A DNA stretch of 63,686 nt, filler included, from Choristocarpus tenellus KU-1152 (lineage: Eukaryota; Protista; Phaeophyceae), in the NCBI GenBank assembly GCA_964200185.2. It is 12 parts of 12 records of this genome, joined end to end, with 100 filler letters (N's around TTAATTAATTAA, not from the genome) between each part and the next. Parts side by side here need not be neighbours in the genome. Positions count along the whole stretch, not along the records: positions 19,725 to 28,129 come from CAXNAD020004751.1; positions 28,230 to 33,599 come from CAXNAD020011008.1; positions 33,700 to 37,089 come from CAXNAD020020356.1; positions 37,190 to 42,171 come from CAXNAD020012282.1; 8 more parts are not named here. One strand, given 5' to 3'. This document shows positions 25,303 to 39,001 of the stretch, in pieces; position 1 is the first letter of the stretch, and every line of letters begins with the position of its first letter. Both the position numbers and the translations under genes were made by a program. The notes under the pieces were generated by a model that saw only the letters and a program-made list of their open reading frames with translations, was not told the DNA's origin and ran no database searches.

Positions 25303-26770
25303 CACATAGACTCACATGATGAGTAGCGCACTTCAAGCAACCTCTATGTCAATATGGTGATAATTTGATTGCACGCAGTAATCGTGTTATGTGTATTACA
25401 GACTCTCGATGATGCAATATTACCGACCTTCAAGGAAGTGAGGAACATGTATATTTACCGCATACTGAAGAGGTATTATCATGAGCAAAGGGAATACTAC
25501 TACTATTGGATTTTAGGGGTTGTGATTTGAAGTGTTCTAAAAAAGTCCAGACAGATAAGCAAGCACTCTGTGATGAGGTCAAGTTGTGATCGTATCTACT
25601 ATACAAATACTGATGTTACTACTACTATGCTGTATTACAAGAAGCAATCATATCTCATCCACATGCTTGTTGCGATCTCCTGCCGCAGGCCACCTGACTC
25701 AGCAACCGTATGGATTTATTGCATATACACGTAGTCCACAGGTAGGTGCTGATGCACAAGCAAATTACCGATTGATGCTGATGTCGCAGGCACAACAGGT
25801 ATATGCACAGTTTCAACAGGGGTGCGGTTTTCACCCCAAACTCGAAGCTTCAACTCCGCCCGAAAGTACTGCTCTGGAGCAATACATGTGGTGCAGACCC
25901 AGTAGTGTAGGTGTATCATGATATGGTTCAGGTACTTGAGCACCAACAGCACGCAAGTTGAATGAAGCAGCATAATAAGTTACTCCTCCAGTGGGATATC
26001 ATAGTGCATTCTAATACAAAAAAGGCAATACCTATGTAATTGGCGCCTTTGTGTTATCACCTAGCGACCAACTTACAAGGATTTAAGGCATGCAGATAAA
26101 ACAATCGATAATGGTTTGGTGTATATTAACCTACAAGGAAGATATTTACGTACATAATTCTTCATGTAACGTCAACTCACCCTGGGTGAAGAAGTTATTT
26201 CCTGGATGGAGATCGCAAGTTTGAACCCCATCGATGCCAGATCCGGCATGGTAATCACAACAGATTGTACACCTGCCCACCTTCACTATCCTACCTGTCA
26301 ATGTACCAAAAAAATGCTGGACCAAGATCAAGGCGGCAACATCGAGCCAAGTCCAGCACAAGAGGTTTAGGGAGGAGGTGGAATGACGACTGGTGGTGGA
26401 GTTGCTGAACCCAACGTGTGAGAAGCAAGGCGCGAACTGAGCCAGTACAATTACTCGTCGTGGAGCAGTTATTCCAATAGTTAGTATGAGCAGTAGTGGA
26501 GTGTGTGGTGCCTCTAAGAAAGGTTCCAGACAGTCCGTACTAAAAAAAAGTGAGGACAAGTAGTGAGAAGTGAATAACAATTAATGAAAAGAATATTAGT
26601 TCACAAACTTGTGGACACCTAACATGGCAAAAATAGTGCTATATATTTTACGCGTTTTACTACTTTCAACACCAAATCACACACTTCAAACGTACACTAT
26701 GTTTTACTATTATTACAGTTGTTTTCTTTTATTATGTTGAAAGCTATCCAAACCCGTGGTTAAAGGCACT

Positions 26771-27027
26771 GAGTCAAAGTAAGTGAAAGGTACCCAGGGT
26801 TACATTCTTAGGATGCTGAAACAATATGGAAATTTGGTCACTTTGAACAAATGTGTGCAGGGAGTTATTTTAATTCTATCGAAATTTTTAAACAATTGAG
26901 AAATCATCACTTTCAAATCAATTTTAGTATTTCATCCATAGAAATGTGGGTGGATCGCAGAAGATTCAAAGAATGATCTAAAATGCAAAACGGCCAAAAC
27001 CTGGGTACCTCATGTTTACTTTGACTC
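26771..27027 (-). mobile_element. MITE family C (257 bp)
   Basis: GAGTCAAAGTAAGTGAAAGGTACCC ... GGGTACCTCATGTTTACTTTGACTC, flanks ACT/ATT. Confidence 0.85.
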
Positions 27028-28111
27028 ATTACACATAGACATGCTTCTCATACCAACTACGGTTGACTATAGGTATATATGCCTTCTGTGGAAACAGGAC
27101 TAATAGTCGAATAAAATCGACAAAGAGTAAATTGAATCGTGGCACGTTTGTTCCATTTGTCCGAAATTTGTGTGGGTAGAGATGCTACATATATATTTAT
27201 ATGAGTTTCACCAATCCATACTTTTTTCCAGTATTCAAATTATGGCGAACACTGCAACTCAATTGACGAAATGTTTCACTAACAAGCCAAATCATGTTAC
27301 CCTCCACTCAAACACACGGCTTGCGCAAAATATGTACTTTACATACTGTTGCACTATATACAAGATACTGCTTCTGTTTGCGGTTTATTTCTCATGCGCT
27401 GGGTTCAGCAATCCAACCATAATTTCCCCTTAAAATATGAAGATTGATAGATATTTAAAATACCCAAGGTTGAATAATACTTGAAATAAATATTAAGATT
27501 TTATTGTGGATTTAAGGAACCTTTAGTTAAAGGTCCAATCTCAATCTTGTGGTGGACCTGCCTTGACTTTGCCACCTTGATCTTGGTCTGGCGTTTTTTT
27601 GGTACAGTGATAGAGAGGATAGTACAAGTAAAATGATTCCAAGGACTGACTGAAGTTCCAGAAAGCCTTAAACAGTTTTAGACATCAGGACATATGTGTG
27701 CGTAGTGGGGGGTGCTTATATGCATGTGATTAGTGTCACTGCGCACTGCAAGCATGAGATACCTCGTATGGTGTTTTTATCCTTTCAAATTCCTTGATCC
27801 TTCACACTTCTGGATGATGGGTACCTGAAATGGGGGCAGCGGATCTACAGTGGGTGTCATACGTCTCACTTTGTGAGGATTATGTACAATTGGATACATC
27901 CGATGGGTTTATCACAATCGTGGGTCCAGGAGTATCTGATGCAGTCCCTACATGAAATAAACGCAGTGGAAAAGACGCTCACTCCCGATCCTTGGGGTTT
28001 GCAATTGTGGGGGAAAATTTCGGTAGAGTTAAGGCCTCACGTCGATCCATTCCGAACATCACGCAAATGGCCAAGCACACAGGTGAGTCACAACAAACCA
28101 CGACAGGATAA

Positions 28112-28269
28112 GGGTCAAAGTATCTTGGGNNNNNNNNNNNNNNNNNNNNNNNNNNNNNNNNNNNNNNNNNNNNTTAATTAATTAANNNNNNNNNNNNNNN
28201 NNNNNNNNNNNNNNNNNNNNNNNNNNNNNTGGTGTAGACCCCCCCCCCTTCCCCCAGATACTTTGGGTC
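28112..28269. mobile_element. Family D-type termini on both sides of a linker
   Basis: GGGTCAAAGTATCTTGGG|N|…CCCCCAGATACTTTGGGTC. Similar contig-end termini occur at 37190-37247, 42157-42332, 46101-46396 and 63646-63686. Confidence 0.65.
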
Positions 28270-28494
28270 AACTTCCGAGTAGTTCTTGTCCGTCTGTCCA
28301 TTGGTCTGCCTCTAGGCCAATCAGGCGTTACTGTTAGTAGTACCGGTTCTTACGGTTTATGTATCCGCCTGCTAGTGTTCGTGGTCTGGCTCTTACATCT
28401 TTTTCTAAGTCCTACGAATGGATGAATTGAAAAAATAATAATGCCTGAAGTATTGGACTGGCTCTAACGTTCTATTAGGTGATCGCTGGTGTGA

Positions 28495-28752
28495 GAGTGA
28501 AAGTATCTTGAGGGTACAAGTTTTGCCCTGTTTGTCCATTTGGGGCTTGGCTTCCCATGTTTTTTTTAATGATATTTTCCTACTCCGAAACGTTTTGAAG
28601 TAGGTAAAATGTGTACGTTATGAAAAGGTGTGTCCGAATCATAGATATTGACAGTTTCTAACAAACATGATAACCAAAATTACATCAAAGTCGCAACATT
28701 GGATTTGGACCCCCAAATGGACACGGCTTTACCCTCTAAGATACTTTGGCTC
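28495..28752 (-). mobile_element. MITE family A (258 bp), TSD TGA
   Basis: GAGTGAAAGTATCTTGAGGGTAC ... TAAGATACTTTGGCTC. Confidence 0.9.
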
Positions 28753-29946
28753 TGAACTATTCTCCACGCTGCACGTTTCATGTGTTATTTATGCCTCTCA
28801 TGTGTTGACATTGCCAGTGCCAGGTCTTGATATCGCGCGTGTGCTCGCGCCAACCGCGCGTTTATCCCGTGCGACTAGCTCGCGCTGACTCTAACCTTGT
28901 ATTCTACCTACAATGTTGTGTGATACGGTTTGACAATAACATATTTTTTAATATTGTGTTGTTGTTGCGGCAGTTGTACATGGTGGATGCCTAAGGTATG
29001 AGGGCGGCTACATCCTGAAAATAAACACAGAGAGTAGAGAAAAGAGCTGCTATTCCTGCCTTGATGTCATCACAGATTTAATTGATGTGAGCCGACCGAT
29101 ATTCATGCCCTTAAAATGGGTAGATAGGTTTTGTCCATCCAATTTATCAGGCGATTATAAAGAGTCAAAGCAAAATAGGCATCACAGAAGATGAGTATGA
29201 ACATCTCTACTTTCGGAAGCTTTCTAAATTTTTCGAGGGTTAAGCATCCCTTTTTTGAGAGGCTAGAGCTTATGAGAAGTCTCAAACCACATCTGATGAA
29301 AAAGTTCCCTCCCCTCATTCTTGTAACCCTAACGCGTTTATAGACTATTTGAACCCTTCCGAGATCTACAATGGTTCTACCGTATAAATTGCCTAAAATA
29401 AAAAGCATTAAGACCCATCCTTAAGGTAAGCTCTTCTGGGTCTGACCAGACCAGTGGTACTATTGACAGTAACGCCAGGTATCCGCTCCTTTTTTGCATG
29501 CTTGATGGGCAAACAAGGGCATCATTGTGGGTGATGCGGGGTAGCATTTAAGAAGGGCAAAATACCAACTTTATGGGCAGCGTGCTACTTTCTTTTGTTG
29601 ATGAAACCAAGTAGTGCTTCAGTGGACGAATGATATCCCAACAGGCAACAAATCGTGATATCTGATTTACTTCGTGCTAAAGCAGTACCTAAAAGAAGCA
29701 CCACTTCAAACCAATCATGGTACATGTGGACTAAGTACTGGCTGTCTGCTGAACGTTACTTTGCCCGTTTATCTCTTTTTCTTGGGCTTTATATTTTCTC
29801 ATGTTCGTGTTTTTTCGTTTGGTGCTGGAATTTATCGAATTTATCGATATTTGGGTGGGTATTGTTCCACGTGATACTCTGGAAGTATGTCATTATTGTT
29901 AGGCTGTCAGCTTACTTTACAAGTGCTTTTTACCTCAGTCTTGAAA

Positions 29947-30207
29947 GAGGGAAAGTATTTTAGAGGGTACGAGTTTTGCCCTGTTTGTCCATTTAAACCT
30001 TGGTTCCCACAGGGTTTCTTTATGACATTTTTCTGCTCCAAAATGTTTCGGAGTAGGTAAAATGTGTTCGTTATGAAAAGATGTGTCCGGAACATGGATA
30101 TTGACGCTTCCTAAAAAAACACAATAGCCAAAATTACATCAAAATTCCAACATTGGCTTTTGGACCCCCATATGGACGCGACTCTACCCTCTAAGATACT
30201 TTGGCTC
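29947..30207 (-). mobile_element. MITE family A (261 bp)
   Basis: GAGGGAAAGTATTTTAGAGGGTACGAG ... TAAGATACTTTGGCTC. No clean TSD. Confidence 0.88.
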
Positions 30208-30802
30208 TCAATGCTCATTCCACCTAATACGCGAAGAGTGGTCCAGATACCGGTGTAAAGGCAGATGCTTGGGGTTTGCTTCTAGTCTGTCTTAACATTT
30301 CTCCACCTCCCTCGATTCCCTGTAATGGTATAGTGGTGTGTTCGACTATGCCTGCCACCTCTCCAGACGATATTCTCCAGGTATATCATAGGCATTGTTG
30401 ACAAGGTGACCTATACCTCCATCATTCAGTATTGAGCGGGCAGCATATGGCTGCCACCATGCGTCTGAAGGTTTGGGGGACAACAGCACATCACATTCCT
30501 TCTTCCACATAGCCATACTGCTGCGGGTAGGGTAACTCCAATATACTCCTTGGATACATATACTTTTCCTTTTGGGATTGATACTTCTCTCCTGTCACAT
30601 TCTTCCATTACCGTCGCTTTCTTCTCTACTTTACAACTTCCAACCATGATTTCGGGAAGACGAAATACGAATCGACCTAATGACCTGTTACCTTCCCACC
30701 ACGATTCCATCCAAAGAACATTTTCCTCGAATCGCGACTAGGTTCGAACTAGTGAGTTTGAATAATGAAGGCTCACAACAATACAGAACAAAAAAGAAAA
30801 AA

Positions 30803-30884
30803 TGATCGCTGTGGGGTTCGAACCCACGAGTACGAATACATGACGACCTGAACGCCACCCCTTAGACCGCTCGGGCAAACGATC
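30803..30884 (-). tRNA. tRNA-Leu, anticodon CAG, intronless
   Basis: Minus strand reads GATCGTT-TG-CCCGAGCGGTCTAAGGG-G-TGGCG-TTCAGGT-CGTCA-TGTATTCGTACTC-GTGGG-TTCGAAC-CCCAC-AGCGATC-A. The acceptor, anticodon and T stems pair, there is a long variable arm, and an oligo-T Pol III terminator follows. Confidence 0.95.
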
Positions 30885-31895
30885 ATGGCTGTGTTGGTGG
30901 AGAAACTATTATCTACTTTACACGAATATGTGCCAGGATTAAATTCTTGTACGAAGAGATATGGAAATCGTATCCTTTCACCTAATACGTGGTGAACACT
31001 ACGTATTAAGAAAGTCATCACTCATTGGTGACTTCTTCCCCACCCTACGAGAACATCCACCAATTACAAAGTATGGTAAGAATAAAAAGTGCTTGGTAAC
31101 AACTTAACGTCACAGGGAGGCCCTGCTTTTTACAACAGCTTGAACCAATGCTATGTGTTTATCGTCTTGGACTTGTTGCTGGACTGGCTCTACCAAGATA
31201 ATGCACTGTACCTTCAGTAAACGCACTTGACCACAACATCTCTAAGCCATGCATATTCCAACTCACATAATGGAGATAATGCCCTGTTAACTTCTATGAA
31301 TACACTTGATCGCAACATTATGGGAACATATATATTCCAATTCATTCCATCAAATGTTCGATACACACAACAACAAACCCCTCATCCTGGCCAACTCATT
31401 CCAAACACGGTTCTCACACTGAGGAGTAGTATGTTTAAACACGCCCTATGGTTCACACCATTGATGTCTCTTAAGTGCCAAAATCGTCACAGGATTTCGT
31501 CCTACCCTACCCCCTCACTTCAACCATTTGCTTAGTTTCTACAACACGTAACGACTATAATCCACCTGCCTATTTTTCTTAATAGCTTGCCTCTGATACA
31601 CTAACCGAGGATTAAAGTAAGAACAAGAAAACAATTACGTGATGCCTCCATGTTTAGACGAGAACCCATTGGCAAGAAACTACCAGTAGCCCTGTCCATG
31701 GCTGAAAAACGACGGAGAAGCATACAAGTCTGGGGCAGTACACAATATTATGGAGAATAAGTATACATTGAATTAAATTTGTTTTAGACCACTTTGGGGC
31801 CTCAAAGGTTGGACGATCAGAAAAAAAAATGGATCTAAGTATGTACTTCGAGAACATTATACTAATATTCAAACAAGTCCCAATCAGTTTCATAC

Positions 31896-31898
<3 letters not shown>

Positions 31899-31929
<31 letters not shown>
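31899..31929. repeat. (AT)n microsatellite
   Basis: About 15 perfect AT units. Confidence 0.95.
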
Positions 31930-31931
<2 letters not shown>

Positions 31932-33554
31932 AACATGCTCACATGTCGATCTCTGTCAGCGCAATGAGGAAACGGAGCACTGACAATGAAAGGATATACC
32001 TAGGGACATAAACCATCCTTAAAAAAACATCTACAAAAAAAAAAAATGTAACCTTCACACAAAACCACCAAGACACAACTAACTACCTCCCTTGCTGAAT
32101 CAACTGCAAGTCACCACCCCTTGCCACCTACTCTATCAATAGAAACTATATTCCCTACATCTCTGCTTCCTCATCTCGCCCCCTTCCCCCCCCTCCTCCA
32201 TCCAAAGAGTATAATCATATTCGATCTCAAATTTCCCCGCCGCTTTCATGACAACTACTTGAATCATCTTCACCCTCCTCTTCTAGCCCTCCTTCCACTT
32301 CCCCCTCGAGACAATTCCCGTTGCATTCACCACTGCCTCCACCAGGGAGCAAGGTCTGCAAGCCCTTCCCCGAGGGCAGGTGGGGTGAGTACTTGCTGTT
32401 TATTGTCTCCAGCAACCCTTTGGCCTATGGAGAAGAAATATCATTATAGCAGATTTCGAGGAGACAGTTTAAACCGTTTTAAAGAACTGGTACAACAGAA
32501 GGGTTAAAACTAGACACAACGATTGGGATGGGGGGTGGGGATGAGGTCATTACAACGTGATAGGACAACAACATCACGCCTTAGTGAAGGTTGCTATCCA
32601 TCTCGTGAAACCAGACACTGTTTCAATGCAGTAAGGCGTAGGTCTTGTTTGTAACCAGAAAAAAAAAGACTGTGCTTCTTGTCCCTGTTGTGTTTCCTAT
32701 CCCCCCCCCCCCTCCCCCCCAAAGACAAAAACCATGAATACATCAGTTGGTCTACTATTACGTACGCGCATAGATGTTGAACTGGATAGTAATAGGTGCA
32801 TCGGAGATAAACAAAAAAAACCCCGTCCATCCTTATTGATAATGTACCAGGCAAAAATGAGGGGGTGGCGAGTCTAACCAGCCCAGTAATAATAAAAGAG
32901 TATTAAGAGTAGTAGTAGAGATCCCCCAGTCGGCATATGTAATAAACATGTTGAATACATGGTGTGATGAAGCACACTGTAATCCCTAAGGGTTAGGGAT
33001 AACAAGGAGTAGACGTGACACTATTTTCAACTCACAAACTCTACGTACTTTTTTTGTCTGTTCTTTGTATCTATTTTTGTTATTATTCAATGTATGCCCT
33101 GTACATATCATGGTAAGGCCAACCAAGTGAAGATGAGATACATTTTCAGAGCATTAGACGCTATGAAAAAAGCACATGATATGAAATCGAAAGGGGTATA
33201 TTAAAAGGGCACTGGCGATCTCATTGGTCAAGGACGGGAACGTTGTACTACAATTGACCAATGAGACCAATGAGAAGGACAGTTTCATTTGTAACCTTCC
33301 CAAATAGGAATAACAATCGATCTATGTATATATGCAACATAAAAAAATACCTGACCTAACTAAGGCCTCAAAACAGAGCATTATACGTAGATGATAGAAT
33401 TCCACCAACCCGCATCCAAAATCTATTTATCCACGTGAAACAAACCCCCTACTACAGTTGAAAAAAAATCAAATCCTGCTTCAAATTCTCGATTTTCCTT
33501 ATCATTGCATGGTCAGGTCACATCATCAAATCCCCCCCCCCCCCCACACCCCCC

Positions 33555-33588
<34 letters not shown>

Positions 33589-35066
33589 CCCCCCCTCACN
33601 NNNNNNNNNNNNNNNNNNNNNNNNNNNNNNNNNNNNNNNNNNNTTAATTAATTAANNNNNNNNNNNNNNNNNNNNNNNNNNNNNNNNNNNNNNNNNNNNC
33701 CCCCATGATGATCCCGAAGTCCCTCCTGATGGAGGGCAGAAGAAATCCTGATTTTTGCCCAGGGAATTCTGGACTTTTGAAACAGAGCCTTTCTTGGGAG
33801 TGCTTCATGCTCTACTTGCTATTGTTTTGTGCAGGCATACTTACTCTGGACAGGCCAAGGAATGGGGGAACCAGGAATTCCTCATCACTATTTTTTGCCC
33901 AGATTGTTGTTGACAGCTTGGACATGGGGAGGTGAAAGTGCACAAGGAGTATCATACTATTTTGTATGTTCATTTTTGTCAGAGATAGAAGGGTGGGTTG
34001 ATTCCGCTGTTTGTTGCAATCCTTTCTGGTGTGAGGCTGGATCCTCAGGTAGTGTGGTCTCATTTGTAGTTTTGTGTTGTTTGAACAGAGTGTAGTAGTA
34101 GTGGTGGCGGTGATGTCAACCAAAAGTATGCAGGTGGGGCGTTGGTCACAACTAACCTAATCGAGAGGTGCCCAATCCCAAAAGATTTGGCACGCCCTAT
34201 TTAGCACCCCAATATTCAATCCAAAACATCTCAGCAATCCCCAAAGAGTAAAAAGTTCTTTGTGATTAGTTTACAACGTGCGTTAGAACAGGAACGATGA
34301 CGTGTTGACCTCTTGACCTCGACATGTAAATCTATGTTCAACACATCTCTCAGTAGGACGTTTGAGCCCCATCCAGGGGAATGGTGATGTCTCAGGGAAT
34401 ATGCTGATCAAGCATCCACCCTTACGCACTGAAAATGCCAACCTTCAAGAGTCAAAGCAATTAAGAGGGTAGGACAGCGTCTTTTTAGGGTCATGAATGA
34501 TACTCTTTAAACCTAAACATTTGCACCCCCAACAGCTCACTTTTTCTGTATGTCATTCCTCAATCAGTCGATTTTCTTACAGCAACACCACGTCAATCGA
34601 TGAAATTTGGTTCATTTTTCTGGTAGGCCGTGACAGCTGAGCCCTGCCCCCCCCCCCCCCCCCCCCCACCATCACCCGCAGAAGCCGCCCACAACACCCC
34701 CCCAACTCTAGAAATTTTGTTTTTTTTTTTGGGAGGCGGCGACACCTCGCCCCCCCCCCCCCCCCCCCCCCCCAAGATTCTAATGCAGCTCAGGAACCAC
34801 CTTTAGTATTATGTACTACTTCGAAGCAAAAAGTACCACAAGTTACAACTTCCTCTTCTCAAGATTGCTGTCTCATTACCCTGTTGAAGCACTAATACTG
34901 TGCTTAATTGTAACAATAATAGCTGATTTGAGTCAAGTTGGAGGCAGGGATGAGTTCATGGCAAACTGTCAATAATCCAGTGTGGATGGAACTTCCACAG
35001 GTCAAGTTGAGAGTGGTGTGTCCATTGGCACTATTATTGATGTTGTGGGGGAAAAGGTATATCAAA

Positions 35067-35270
35067 GACCCAAAGCATTTAAGAGGGTAAGGCCACGTCT
35101 GTTCGGGGTCATAAATCCAATGTTGCGATTTTGATTGGTTTTGGCTATTGTGTTAGCAAGTGTCAATATCCTTGCTCCAGACACACCTTTCATAGTCATA
35201 AACATTTTGGGTAACTGTGTTCACACAGAAAACCGAAAAAGGGCAAAAAAAAAACATGGTAAGTCAACCT
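35067..35270 (+). mobile_element. Diverged/partial family A copy (a related terminus also at 34449)
   Basis: GACCCAAAGCATTTAAGAGGGTAAG followed by the family A interior (AATCCAATGTTGCGATTTTG...). The right TIR is lost. Confidence 0.65.
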
Positions 35271-36309
35271 AGAAAAATGATTGGCTATTCCATTCACTCC
35301 CCTGCTCTACCACCACCAGTGGAGCCTATAGTGTTGAGGTGCGCTAAGTGCAAACACATACCATAGCTCCAGCACTGAACAGTTACACCTTGAAATCGAT
35401 TGCATCACTATGTTACCCTCCACATTAAACTTTCCTCAACAATCTCCACACCTAGATTACATCTAGACCAGCGATATCACACCCTGCTGAGCATATTAAA
35501 TAGTGTGCTGCCACCTCATTGGCCCTCTCCTTTCTGTCATCTCCCAAGCCACAGGGGTCTCACGGACCCCTGTTTTGATGAGTGCTTCTTCAACCGCAAG
35601 ACTGAAGGCCCAGCCAAAGCAGAGTAGTTGCTCAAAGTCGCCGTAGCATCCTCATCTCCCCTGAACTTCAACTTCAAGTGCCATGATTGAGTTGATTCAC
35701 CGACCAACAACCGATTAGAGAACAGGACATGAGGTAAACAAAAATCAAGGCATGTGCTGTCACAGATGGTAAAGAGATTCCTGTTTTGAAAAAGTTTCTA
35801 CCCACACACTCAAAGGGAAATAAAAGGTCGTGATCCATCAAAACCAAAAGGAGTGAGGCTTCACAAGGTAGGGTGTAAGCACAGGTGTCAAGTGAGAGGT
35901 TTGAGCCTGATATGTGTACAATAGGGCAGACCAGGCAGCACAGGGATCAGATATCTATGGTCTTGAGCTCCCAACCGCCATAGGACAGGAGGACTCACAA
36001 ATGGCACCACCAAAAAACATGATGAGAATACTACTGTGCAAAGCATTCAACTGCTCCCCATATCTTCTTTCTGAAATGTCAAACACCTAAACTCTACCCT
36101 ATACACAGCAAAGGAAACTGTGCAGTAGCAAAAACCGCCTCTCAGACATCGACCCTGCTTACCCATGCCTCTCCCTCCCCTCCTCCCCCCTCCCCCCGGC
36201 TCTCTCATTGCCTAACCCTAGACCAAATCCTAAGCAATGTCACCTATCACCCACTTCATCTCTACACACAGTATGGTAAAGCCTCCCTTCTATTATGAAA
36301 CCCTCTCAC

Positions 36310-36639
36310 CTCCCACCCACACAACAGCACGCTCGCTTGCACATTCCACAGTGCATGTGCCACCATGGGTGCAACCAGTCCCCCATCAGTAGAATATGAC
36401 AGCCACGACATGAACAGTCCAAACACACTGGCACGAGCAGCAATCTCAGGGTCACCCACTCCAGAAACCCCGGCCACCAGGTGAAGCACCCCAAAGACCC
36501 CGGCTGAGGCCAATGTGCATACCACAGGGTGAAAGCCCCGCATGGCCAGGGACCGTGGCAGTAACCCTCGAAAGACAAACTCCTCGCAAGCACCCCCCCC
36601 CACCCCCTCCAGTAAAATGCCGACATTTGGCCAGGCAGG
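36310..36639 (-). CDS. Exon of a CPBP/Abi (type II CAAX, Rce1-like) intramembrane glutamic protease
   Basis: Contains all three family motifs: CEEFVFRG (EExxxR), VFGVLH (FxxxH) and AHALWN (HxxxN). The 330-nt phase-0 exon is bounded by AG and GTGAGA. The other exons were not identified. Confidence 0.85.
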
Positions 36640-37919
36640 CTTAATAATTTATGAGACAAGATGTAGATTTGTGATTAGATCATTTTTGTTGTTTTATGAG
36701 GACCAGGTTATAGGATCGCAGGCGGCGAGGGAGGACGAGAGAGACTGAGGGAGGGGCATGGGGGGATAGGGTCGGGATGGGGGTGGGTGTGGGTGGTGAG
36801 CGTGAGGGTGGGGGGAATGTAGGTAGGCGGCATGAGGGGAGGGTAATAAGGTGCTTCAGAATGGAAACTATTTTTTTTTCTGCGCTACCCAAGTTCCAAC
36901 TACACAATTATGGTATATGGTGTAAAGGTTCACCCATACATGCACAAACAAACAATAATAAACATAGACATAGATTAAACATACCTGTAGTATTTGTAAT
37001 GGTTTGATCGAACGACACAGGACAAAATGCACAGATGGAGAAAAAGTACGACAGTTGGTGTGTGGGGGGGGGGGGGGGGGGGAGGGGGANNNNNNNNNNN
37101 NNNNNNNNNNNNNNNNNNNNNNNNNNNNNNNNNTTAATTAATTAANNNNNNNNNNNNNNNNNNNNNNNNNNNNNNNNNNNNNNNNNNNNGGTCAGGGCCC
37201 AAATGGCCACCCATATAGACCCCCCCCCCCCCCGAGTACTTTGAGCCTATTAAGTATAAATCATTCCAACCCAAGTATACTAAGCTGCAATACATATTTA
37301 TCGCCATCTCTATTTGTGCCAAGGAGCGTGTATTCTAGACCAGGCCCCATCCCCAAGCTAGTGTAGCGAGTAGCAGCTGGTTCTACCTCCTGAGTCTGCC
37401 AGACATTCATAGAGTGTTTAACTCCATCCTCCATACACCTGTACCATCAGTTTCGATCTTCTGTAAGTAAGCCCCACTCTTTTCAGGTAGGACCTGGAAA
37501 CCCTTGAGGTCATCTTGGAGGCATCGCGATCAGTTGTTATCTGGTCCTAACATCTTCCCCTTCTTTCCATGCGCGCCACAAAACTCACAAACGCTAAGAT
37601 CCATTTCCGTACAGTCGCCTAGGTGTTCTTGCACCCAATTCTCGCTATTAGTATTGCTCCCCTGTATGGCATCGGGTTGTCCATACGTTTCAGTTTCCAG
37701 AACCGGATACGGAAGTGGAGGAGCTTGCAGTGTTGGTTGGATATGAAGCTGGGTGTGGTGCGGTCTTTCCTTAGTGTCCAATGCATACATTCGTCATACA
37801 GCAGAACCCCAAGTACTTCGACTGAGCGTCCTAGTTTTAGGCTCAAGTGATATGCTAACTGCTCCGTTGTGTAATTTATTTATGTACTTTATGAAACATC
37901 CTCATGCCCGATGCATCCG

Positions 37920-38195
37920 TTAGTGGATCTCACTGGAGACCAGCATCATCACTGATTAAGCCTCCAAGCTGAACAAACTTATCAGTCTGCTCTGCTAATA
38001 CCATGCCCTGAGCCTCGATTTGTGTTTTGGTCGCTGGGTTATGGGGGACCCAGAGCCTCGCGGTAAGTGTGTTTGTCGCCAGATGGTGAGTCCAAATCCC
38101 TTGCACAATGTTGAGATCATAGTCATCATTTTTGGTTAAGATCTCTTCAGCCCTTGATACAATGCCCGCATCGTTGGCATGAAGCATGCATCACA
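37920..38195 (-). mobile_element. Degraded RTE-like LINE reverse transcriptase fragment
   Basis: MLHANDAGIVSR (decayed MLYADDAGIVSR) ... QIEAQG..QTDKFVQLGGLISDDA (RT subdomain 7, FxYLG). Confidence 0.75.
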
Positions 38196-38479
38196 GTAGA
38201 AATTGACAAGACTTTTCCTTACTCCCTCCTCCTTTTCCTAGGCCTGATATTTGTTGTCAGTTTTCTTGTTGTGGGCACATGTTCCTCCCTTTAGAACAAC
38301 ATCTCCAGCACTCGCCCTCTCAATCATCACAGTGAGTATTGCAATGTGGAGTGTTTTGGAGAGTTGCAATGTGGAGTGTTTTGGAGAGTGATGTTCTTGG
38401 ACAAATGTTGAGTGGTGTGGTGGAGAATGGTATGGAATAGTGGAAAGTGATGGAAAGTGTTGTGGAGGAAGGTAGATGG

Positions 38480-38765
38480 ATTCGTGGAAATTGGCCACAT
38501 TGGTTGGAGACTGGATATTGGTGGTGGAGGATGGTAGTACAGGTTGTTCATCGGATGGGGTTGGTGACTAGAGATTAGTGGCGAAGAGTGGCCACACAGG
38601 TTGGTCATCGAATATGGTTGGTGAATGGAAATCAGTGGCGAAGGTTGGTCGCACTGGTTGGTCATCGGATGTGTTTGGTGAGTGGAGATCAATGGCGAAG
38701 ATTGGTCGCATTGGTTGGTAACTGGAAATCGGAGACGGAGGTTGGGTGCACTGGTTGGTCACCAG
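38480..38765. repeat. 57-bp degenerate minisatellite, about 4-5 copies
   Basis: GGTTG(G/T)TCATCG recurs at 38542, 38599 and 38656. A 23-bp tandem pair lies just upstream at 38340-38388. Confidence 0.75.
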
Positions 38766-39001
38766 TAGTGTTGCAATGGTGAAGGAGGAGTAAAATGGAT
38801 AGAATGGTAAGACAAGTCTAATTAATAATAATCCAAAATCCGTGAGCAAAGCAAACAGTTACACTTTTATAACGGGTCCTTACGATATATTTTTTTACAC
38901 AGGCGCACAATGTCTAAGGACATAATAATATCTTATCGTATAATGGGGTGTGTTCTGAGTCAGTAAATTGGTTCTTTCTGAATATGCATGAAAACAAATA
39001 C

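Noticed and set aside
37530-37790. VCEFCGAH suggesting a Helitron N-terminal zinc finger
   Set aside because: No downstream CC..G motif, Rep or helicase sequence.
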